A stretch of 64,000 nt of DNA from Actinomycetota bacterium (GTDB taxonomy: Bacteria; Actinomycetota; UBA4738; HRBIN12): assembly GCA_005884925.1 (NCBI GenBank), contig VAYU01000031.1, positions 3,548-67,547 on the forward strand, read 5' to 3'. Below the pieces are notes generated by a model. That model did no database searches and had not been told where the DNA came from. It saw nothing but the letters and a program-made list of their open reading frames with translations. Made by a program: the position numbers and the translations under genes. Positions 57,608-64,000 of the stretch are shown here, piece after piece. Numbering within the stretch: the first letter of the stretch is position 1; each line of letters begins with the position of its first letter.

Positions 57608-58618
57608 TCAGGCCAGCTCCCCGGCTGCCTTGGGACGTATCCGTCCGGCTTCGACCATCCAGCGGATCATGTCGGTGAGCGTCTCCTCGAGCGATGGCGG
57701 CTCCACGCCGAGCTCCGCCGCGGTGCGCGAGTCGTCGGTCCTCGGGTCCTGCGTCGCGATGTAGATCCCCTCGTGCGCCAGTGGCGCCTTCCCGGGCAGG
57801 AGCCGCTGCACCCCATCCATGAGCCGGCCGAACCCCATAGCCACCGGTCTCGGCGTGGGGATGGCGGGGAGCCGCCGACCGGTCAGACGCCGGAGCAGCG
57901 CGAAGAGCGCGTTCCATCCCGTGTCGTGGCCACCGACCATGAACCGCCTCGGCCCCTTGCCCGGTTCCACGGCCGCAGCCAGGACCGACGCGACGTACCG
58001 CACGTCCGCGATCGGTAGCCCACCGCTGATCGCGAACGGAAGCCGGTTCCTGAGGATCCCCGAGAGCAGCCGGCACGACTCACCGCAGTACGGATCGTGC
58101 GGCCCCCAGATGCTGCCGGGGGTCACGCTGACGACCGGATAGCCCTGCTCCTGCTGCCGCCGAGCCACGACCTCCGAGTCCGCCTTCGACCGCGCGTACG
58201 ATGGCGTCGGATGCCCAACGGGGCTCTCGGGCCCGAGCACGTCGGTCGAGGGAAGCAGACCGACGTAGCTCGAGACGTACACGATCGGATCGACCCCCGC
58301 CCGTCGCGCGGCGCCGAGCACCGTCTCGGTCCCACGCACGTTCGTCGCGGCGATCGTGGGCGCGTCACGTGGATCGAGCGAATACACCGATGCGGCGTGC
58401 ACCACGGCGTCGCATCCGACCAGCGCCGCATCGATCGAACCGGCGTCGGTGATGTCCCCGGCCGTGACGTCGGGAGCCGACACCCCGATGGGACCCAGCG
58501 ACGTCGCCACGCGGTCCGGCGAACGGACCAGCAACCGAACCTCGTGACCGGAGCGTACGAGCGCGGCCACCGCATGGGAGCCGACGTATCCCGTCCCACC
58601 CGTCACGAGCACGCGCAC
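57608..58618 (-). CDS. NAD-dependent epimerase/dehydratase (extended SDR)
   Basis: VTGGTGYVG, HAAS, NVRGT, YVSS, YARSK. Confidence 0.92.
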   Translation of the reverse strand: MRVLVTGGTGYVGSHAVAALVRSGHEVRLLVRSPDRVATSLGPIGVSAPDVTAGDITDAGSIDAALVGCDAVVHAASVYSLDPRDAPTIAATNVRGTETVLGAARRAGVDPIVYVSSYVGLLPSTDVLGPESPVGHPTPSYARSKADSEVVARRQQEQGYPVVSVTPGSIWGPHDPYCGESCRLLSGILRNRLPFAISGGLPIADVRYVASVLAAAVEPGKGPRRFMVGGHDTGWNALFALLRRLTGRRLPAIPTPRPVAMGFGRLMDGVQRLLPGKAPLAHEGIYIATQDPRTDDSRTAAELGVEPPSLEETLTDMIRWMVEAGRIRPKAAGELA

Positions 58619-58662
58619 CGACCGAGCCTAGCGGTCGGGATCGACCCCCGGGCTGCAAGCGG

Positions 58663-59682
58663 TCACTCGATGTCGATGAGGACCTTGCCCACGGCGTTTG
58701 CCTCCACGGCCGCATGCGCCTCCGCGGTCCGTTCCAGGGGGAACCGGTGCAACGGCAACCCGGCCTCGGCGCCGACCCGGAGCGCGCCCGCTCCCACAGC
58801 GTCCTGCACGTCTGCGATCGCCTGCTCCTTGGCCTTCGCCGGCATCGTGTAGACGAGGACGATCTGGAAACGCGTATTGGTCGTCATCGCCGGATCGATC
58901 GCGATCGTGAGATCGTCGCGCTCGCTCGCGTAGATCGCCACGGTTCCGTTCCGTGCGATGACCGCCTCGTTCAGCGCGGCGTTCGTTGCGGGAGCCACCT
59001 CGACGATGATCTCCACCCCCTCCGGGGCAGCGGCTCGAACCGCCTCCACCGCCCCCGGTTCCCGATAGTTGACGACGTGCTGCGCCCCCGCGGCCCAGGC
59101 GAGCGCAGCCTTCTCCGGTGTACTCACCGTCGTGATCACCGTGGCGCCGGACCAGACCGCGAGCTCGATCGCGGCGTGGCCGACCGCTCCGGCGCCACCC
59201 GCGACGAGCACCGTGTGTCCGTCGAGCGTGTGGGGGCCGAGCCCGGCCGGACCGTCGACGCCGACCGTGAGGCATCGATGCGCGGTGAGGGCGGGGATGC
59301 CGATGCTCGCACCGAGGTCGAACGACGCTCCCTCGGACAGGGGAACCGCGTGCGAGGCTGGGAGGGCCACCAACTCCTGGGCGCTGCCGTTCGCCCGGTG
59401 CCTGGCGGCTTCCCACAACCAGACCCGCTCCCCCACCCGACCGGCATCGACGTCGGCTCCCACCGCCTCGACCGTCCCGGCACCGTCCATGTTCGGGACG
59501 ACTTCGGGGAAGGCCAGCGGCCGTCCGGGACCGTCTCCCCTGCGCGCCTTCCAGTCCGTCGGGTTCACGCCCGACACGGCGACCCGGACGAGCACCTCAT
59601 CCCGGCCCGGCGTCGGATCGGGTCGGTCGACGAGCTTCAGTACGTCGTGACCGCCGGTCTCGGTGTACACGATCGCTCTCAT
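58663..59682 (-). CDS. NADPH:quinone reductase (MDR family)
   Basis: SGVNPTDWK, DGAG, GIPALTAH, AGGAGAVG, GKVLI. Confidence 0.93.
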   Translation of the reverse strand: MRAIVYTETGGHDVLKLVDRPDPTPGRDEVLVRVAVSGVNPTDWKARRGDGPGRPLAFPEVVPNMDGAGTVEAVGADVDAGRVGERVWLWEAARHRANGSAQELVALPASHAVPLSEGASFDLGASIGIPALTAHRCLTVGVDGPAGLGPHTLDGHTVLVAGGAGAVGHAAIELAVWSGATVITTVSTPEKAALAWAAGAQHVVNYREPGAVEAVRAAAPEGVEIIVEVAPATNAALNEAVIARNGTVAIYASERDDLTIAIDPAMTTNTRFQIVLVYTMPAKAKEQAIADVQDAVGAGALRVGAEAGLPLHRFPLERTAEAHAAVEANAVGKVLIDIE

Positions 59683-59729
59683 GGGGGCCGATGGTAGCGT
59701 GGGCTCAGTCGACCGAACGGGCGAGAGCG

Positions 59730-59987
59730 ATGGGCGACGACCAGCGCGCGGATGACGAACGACTCATGGCGCGGGCCGAGGAGGCCTTGACCGAGATCAA
59801 GGTGTCGCAGGGACTCTCGGAGCCTCACGCCGCGGTCCTTGCCGCGCTCCGGATCCGCCTGAAGGGCGATCAGGGGAAGAGCCTCGAGGACCTCCTGGCG
59901 GCCGCAGAAGACGAAGGGCCGAAGCTCGACGACTTCTTGTCGAAGGGCGAGAAGCCGAAGCGCTCGCTGGACGACCTCCTGGGGTAG
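59730..59987 (+). CDS. Small hypothetical acidic protein
   Basis: 85-aa ORF with typical codon usage; repeated SLEDLL/KLDDFL/SLDDLL motif. Confidence 0.65.
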   Translation: MGDDQRADDERLMARAEEALTEIKVSQGLSEPHAAVLAALRIRLKGDQGKSLEDLLAAAEDEGPKLDDFLSKGEKPKRSLDDLLG

Positions 59988-59999
59988 GAGCGCGTCGCG

Positions 60000-61160
60000 T
60001 CAGAGCTGCGCGTACAGGTCGTAGTTCGCCGCCACCTTGGCGATGTTGTCGACGACGTACGCCCCACCCACACATCCACGGCACCACATCGATGCGTTGA
60101 TGGCGCGCGCGGTGCTCATCGGATCTCGGCACGCGGCCAGCTCCGACAGGATCGCCCCGTAGCCGAGCCCCGCTCCGTTGACGAGGGTGTACCGCGTCCC
60201 CTGCAGACCCTGGTCCAACGAGGCGTAGTTCTGCACGCCGGCGGAGTTGAAGGTGGTCGACCCCGGCATGGCTAGCGTGTCAGCGAGCGGGTTCCACGCC
60301 GCCTGGGTGAACTCGGAGTATTGCCAGGCCACCAGCGTGATCTTGTTCGCCTGGCACCCGGGCGCGCCCACCGTTCGCAGGAACAGCCCGGCCCAGGCCC
60401 CGTACGCCACGTGGCCGGCCCCCTGGAACGCGGTGCCGACGGCCGCGAGCGCCTCGGCGCGGAGCTGCTTGTGGAGCTTGGCGATCAGCGTGACGATCTC
60501 CGTCTTCGTCCGATCGAGCTCCGCCAGCACCGCCTGCTGGTCGGCGATCGCTCCGGCCTGGGACGTGCGCTCCGCGGCGAGCTGCGCCATCAGCTCGACC
60601 TGCTGGGAGCGAAGCGTGTTCAGGTCGGCGGTCTTGAAGGTGAGCTCCGCCTTGACGTTCTCGACCCGGGTCGCCAGATCGACGTTCGACTGCGCCACGA
60701 TCTGCCCGGTCGCCAGGAGATCGCCGAGGTCCCCCATGGAGGACGAAGAGAGGAGCGACCCAAGCAAGGCCTCCTGCATGTTGCCCGCTCCCTGCATGAA
60801 GAGCGTCCGGGCCATCGCGTTGAGCTTCGTCTGCAGCAGATCGGCTCGGGCGGCCGCCGTGACGAGATCGTGCCGGATCGACGCCAGTTCGGCATCGATC
60901 TGCGCGACCCGGCTCGATGCGTCCGCGATCCGGGCTTCGAGCGCGTACAGCTCGTCTTGCAGGGTCCGTGCTTGCGCCTCTTCGGAACCGATCTGGCCGG
61001 TCAGTGCCGTCAAGCGGCTCTTGGCGGCGTCGAGCTTCGACCGGGTGGATGCGGGCGCGGAGCCCGTGGAGCTCGCCAGCAGCGCGATCGCTGACGCGGC
61101 AGCGACCAGAGTGCGGGCGATCCGCCCCGGGGATCCTGATGGATGCGTGAGTGGAGGCAT
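60000..61160 (-). CDS. Secreted coiled-coil (PcsB/RipA-like) protein with putative lysozyme-like C-terminal domain
   Basis: Signal peptide, long heptad coiled coil with ..LLSSSSMGDL.. hinge, C-terminal AWQYSE...WNPL..PGST.FNSAGVQNY. Confidence 0.7.
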   Translation of the reverse strand: MPPLTHPSGSPGRIARTLVAAASAIALLASSTGSAPASTRSKLDAAKSRLTALTGQIGSEEAQARTLQDELYALEARIADASSRVAQIDAELASIRHDLVTAAARADLLQTKLNAMARTLFMQGAGNMQEALLGSLLSSSSMGDLGDLLATGQIVAQSNVDLATRVENVKAELTFKTADLNTLRSQQVELMAQLAAERTSQAGAIADQQAVLAELDRTKTEIVTLIAKLHKQLRAEALAAVGTAFQGAGHVAYGAWAGLFLRTVGAPGCQANKITLVAWQYSEFTQAAWNPLADTLAMPGSTTFNSAGVQNYASLDQGLQGTRYTLVNGAGLGYGAILSELAACRDPMSTARAINASMWCRGCVGGAYVVDNIAKVAANYDLYAQL

Positions 61161-61257
61161 ACGGGTTCGCAGCAACCTACTGCCGTGGTCGTCGGAAGGC
61201 CACTCCATCGACCGCGCGTGGTTGCGGCCTGGATGCCCGAGAACCGAAGATGCACCC

Positions 61258-62598
61258 GTGGCGATCCCCGAGACCCGGTACGCGAAAGCGCCGGACGGAA
61301 CCTCCATCGCGTACCAAGTCATCGGCGACGGACCCGTCGACCTCGTCCATGCAAGCGGCATCTGGTCGAACGTCGAGATGATGTGGGAGGACCCACCGTG
61401 GGCCCACTTTCTCGAACGTCTGGCCAAGTTCTCGCGGCTGATCCTGTTCGATATGCGAGGCGTGGGACTCTCAGACCGCGGGCCGGGGCCGCCGGTGCTC
61501 GAGCTGCAGCGGGACGACGTCGGCGCCGTGATGGATAGCGCGGGAGCAGCGGACGCGATCGTGTTCGGCGGAGCTCGAGCGGCGACGATGGCGATGCTGT
61601 TCGCAGCGACCCATCCGGACCGCACGAAGGCACTCGTCCTGTACGCGCCGGTCGCGAAGACGGTCTCGACGCCCGACTTCCCGTACGGCAAGTCCCCGGA
61701 AGAACAGGGCGCGTTCTTCCAACGGTTCGTCCGGGAGGTGGGAACCGGGCAGAACCTAGAGCTGCAGGCGCCGTCGGTCGCTTCCGACGAGCGCTTCGTC
61801 AGGTGGTGGGCGAGGTTCGAGCGGCTCGTCGCGAGCCCGAGCGCCTACGAGGAGCTCGGGCGGATCTTCACGGACGTGGACGTTCGCGACGTCCTACCGG
61901 CGATCCACGTCCCCACCTTGGTTATCCATCGGAAGGACGACGCGATCGTCCTGGAGCGACAGGCGCGCTACGTGGCCGACCAGATCCAGGGTGCGAGGTA
62001 CGTGCAGTTCCCTGGTCAGGATCACCTGCCGTTCGTCGGAGACGCAGACGCGATCGTCGACGAGGTGGAGCAGTTCGTGACCGGAAGAGGGCCGATCCGG
62101 GAGATCGACAAGGTGCTCGCGACGATCCTGTTCACCGACATCGTCGATTCGACCAGGCGGCAGGCGGAGCTCGGCGATCGGGGATGGAAGAAGCTCCTCG
62201 AACAACATCACGCGATCGTTCGCGGTCTCCTCAGACAAAGCCGAGGCGAGGAGCAGGACACGGCGGGCGACGGCTTCTACGTCCGTTTCGATGGCCCGGC
62301 GCGAGCGATCCGCTGCGCCCAAGACATCGTCGAGTCGATCCGCCCGCTCGGGATCGAGGTCCGCGCAGGCCTCCACACCGGCGAATGCGAGATCGTCGAC
62401 GGGAAGTGCAGCGGTCTGTCCGTCTCGATCGGCGCTCGGGTGATGGCGAACGCCGGACCATCCGAGGTGCTCGTGTCACGGACCGTGAAGGACCTGACCG
62501 CCGGATCGGGCTTGACCTTCCTGGATGCCGGCGAGCACGAGCTCAAGGGCGTCCCCGACCGCTGGCACCTCTACCGCGTCGTCAGCGAAAGACCCTAG
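61258..62598 (+). CDS. Alpha/beta-hydrolase + class III nucleotide cyclase fusion, paralog 2
   Basis: ETRYA..IAYQV.GDGP, DMRGVGLSD; ATILFTDIVDST, DTAGDGF, GLHTGE, IGARV, HELKGVP. Confidence 0.93.
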   Translation: MAIPETRYAKAPDGTSIAYQVIGDGPVDLVHASGIWSNVEMMWEDPPWAHFLERLAKFSRLILFDMRGVGLSDRGPGPPVLELQRDDVGAVMDSAGAADAIVFGGARAATMAMLFAATHPDRTKALVLYAPVAKTVSTPDFPYGKSPEEQGAFFQRFVREVGTGQNLELQAPSVASDERFVRWWARFERLVASPSAYEELGRIFTDVDVRDVLPAIHVPTLVIHRKDDAIVLERQARYVADQIQGARYVQFPGQDHLPFVGDADAIVDEVEQFVTGRGPIREIDKVLATILFTDIVDSTRRQAELGDRGWKKLLEQHHAIVRGLLRQSRGEEQDTAGDGFYVRFDGPARAIRCAQDIVESIRPLGIEVRAGLHTGECEIVDGKCSGLSVSIGARVMANAGPSEVLVSRTVKDLTAGSGLTFLDAGEHELKGVPDRWHLYRVVSERP

Positions 62599-63575
62599 GC
62601 GACCTTCACGGAGCGGGCGATCAGCGACAGCGCCGCGACTCCCATGCCTGCAGCCAGAGCGAACGCGAGCGGACGCCGGATGCGGCGGGCGACGATGAAG
62701 GACGCGAAGCCGACGACGACGAGCGTGAGACCCGCAACGAGCGGGAGCCTCGCGAAGCTCGCGTCCGGAGCGACGATCTCGGCCTGGATCGGAGGGAGGA
62801 CCGAACCATCGCCGAGCGGGAGTGGATGGCGGAGCGCAGCCAACCCCTGATCCTGGGTGGCATATCCATCGCGCACCATCGAGGTGAGGACCTGGACCTG
62901 TCGCTCACGCGCGAGTGACGGATGGAGCAGTGGGTCGTAGCCGGACGGATCTTGGATGATCCCTGCCAGCACGCTCGCGCGTGCGAGATCGAGGCGCGAC
63001 GGGCTGATCCCGAAGTAGCGTACCGAGGCCGCTCCGACCCCGTACGCGCCGTCCCCGAAGTACACGCTGTTGAGGTAGAGCTCCAAGATCCGTTGCTTCG
63101 AGAGGTCGGACTCCAGGCGGATCGCGACCGCGGCGTCCTGCAGCTTCCGCCACGGCGAGTCGTCGTTGCCGCCCAGGTACAGGACCTTCGCGAGCTGTTC
63201 CGTCAGCGTGCTGCCGCCCTGCGACAGCGTGAGGTGGCTCGCGTCGTAGGCGAACGCTCGGGTGAGACCGATCACGTCGATCCCGTGGTGGCGGAAGAAG
63301 CGCTCGTCCTCGGTGGCGACGACCGCCTGCTGGAGGACGGGCGAGATCGCGCGAATTGGGACGAACCGACCGCCGACCGCGCGCAGCCGCGCCAGAACGA
63401 TCTCCTTCGGTCGCGCCGGGGCCGGGGCGGTGACCCACGCGCCGACCAGGACGGCCGACATGAGGATCGCGATGCCGGCGACGCCGACCAGCAAGCGTCT
63501 GCGCCACAGGGGTCGTCGCCCGACAGTCCCGCCCGGTCGTTCGGCCTCCACATCCGAACGGTAGGCCTGAGCCAC
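62595..63575 (-). CDS. Monofunctional peptidoglycan glycosyltransferase (GT51)
   Basis: ATEDERFFRHHGID, GGSTLTEQLAK, RKLQD, LYLNSVYFG; no transpeptidase domain; two C-terminal TMs. Confidence 0.9.
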   Translation of the reverse strand: MAQAYRSDVEAERPGGTVGRRPLWRRRLLVGVAGIAILMSAVLVGAWVTAPAPARPKEIVLARLRAVGGRFVPIRAISPVLQQAVVATEDERFFRHHGIDVIGLTRAFAYDASHLTLSQGGSTLTEQLAKVLYLGGNDDSPWRKLQDAAVAIRLESDLSKQRILELYLNSVYFGDGAYGVGAASVRYFGISPSRLDLARASVLAGIIQDPSGYDPLLHPSLARERQVQVLTSMVRDGYATQDQGLAALRHPLPLGDGSVLPPIQAEIVAPDASFARLPLVAGLTLVVVGFASFIVARRIRRPLAFALAAGMGVAALSLIARSVKVA

Positions 63576-63621
63576 CGTCGGGCGGAGGCTGTGGTGTGAC
63601 GTTTCGGTGGCGCCGAGCGCG

Positions 63622-64000
63622 TCAGGTCGGATCGGCGGAGCGCGCGACCGCCACCAACCGAGCGATCAGGGTCACCGTCGTCGTGACGACGATCGCGACC
63701 AGCCCCCATACCGGCCGCCCCGCCACGGCGGCGATAGCGACGAGCAGCAGCCGTGCGTCCCTGCCCCCGAGCAAGAGCCGCAGGCGATCCTCCGGCGCCT
63801 CGCGCATCCCGAGCGCGCGGATCCGATCCTTCGTGGCCATCGAGAGCAGGCTGCCCGTCAGCGCGCCGACCGCGAGGCCGATCGCCCAGACGTCTCCGAT
63901 CATCCCGTCGTGAACCACCCAGATCGCCAGACCGGCGACGACCATGGCGTCACCGATCCGGTCGAGCATGCCGTCCATGAGCGCCCCCCACGCGCTCGTC
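63622..64000 (-). CDS. CDP-alcohol phosphatidyltransferase family, C-terminal part (5' end outside window)
   Basis: TSAWGALMDGMLDRIGD motif, GGRDAR, TM helices. Confidence 0.8.
   Translation of the reverse strand, partial: TSAWGALMDGMLDRIGDAMVVAGLAIWVVHDGMIGDVWAIGLAVGALTGSLLSMATKDRIRALGMREAPEDRLRLLLGGRDARLLLVAIAAVAGRPVWGLVAIVVTTTVTLIARLVAVARSADPT

Noticed and set aside
52270-62598. Cyclases as Pycsar/CBASS anti-phage system
   Set aside because: Architecture is hydrolase-cyclase; the TM-cNMP-binding gene is over 7 kb away and not operonic; no adjacent effector

Overview
Gene-dense, very GC-rich chromosomal segment, by gene content most likely from an actinobacterium of a poorly characterised lineage (inference). 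About 75 CDSs; no rRNA, tRNA, CRISPR array, transposase or integrase seen. Recognisable content: end of an ECF sigma/anti-sigma/cupredoxin module, orphan pilT, SufR-like regulator divergent from mrp/apbC, lgt, a three-way split LigD (PE-LIG-POL) operon, pepA, a TPP riboswitch-CytX transporter, hutH, convergent REC-EAL and REC-GGDEF genes, cbs-DUF429-metB, arfB, TMEM175, DyP, stand-alone NuoF-like protein, SQR-like flavoprotein, Tat phosphoesterase, a sensor kinase, two alpha/beta-hydrolase-class III cyclase fusions, and peptidoglycan enzymes. Most interesting non-obvious signals: (1) a self-contained ~250-nt structured RNA with its own promoter, strong SD, 13-codon peptide and terminal hairpin at 54.9-55.2 kb; (2) a recurring sigma-28/WhiG-type promoter upstream of pilT, the diguanylate cyclase and an unknown gene; (3) cyclases with catalytically dead hydrolase domains and swapped base-specificity residues; (4) a coiled-coil cell-wall protein with an unusual lysozyme-like domain; (5) many short gene remnants. 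All family calls come from motif recognition by eye, not database searches.
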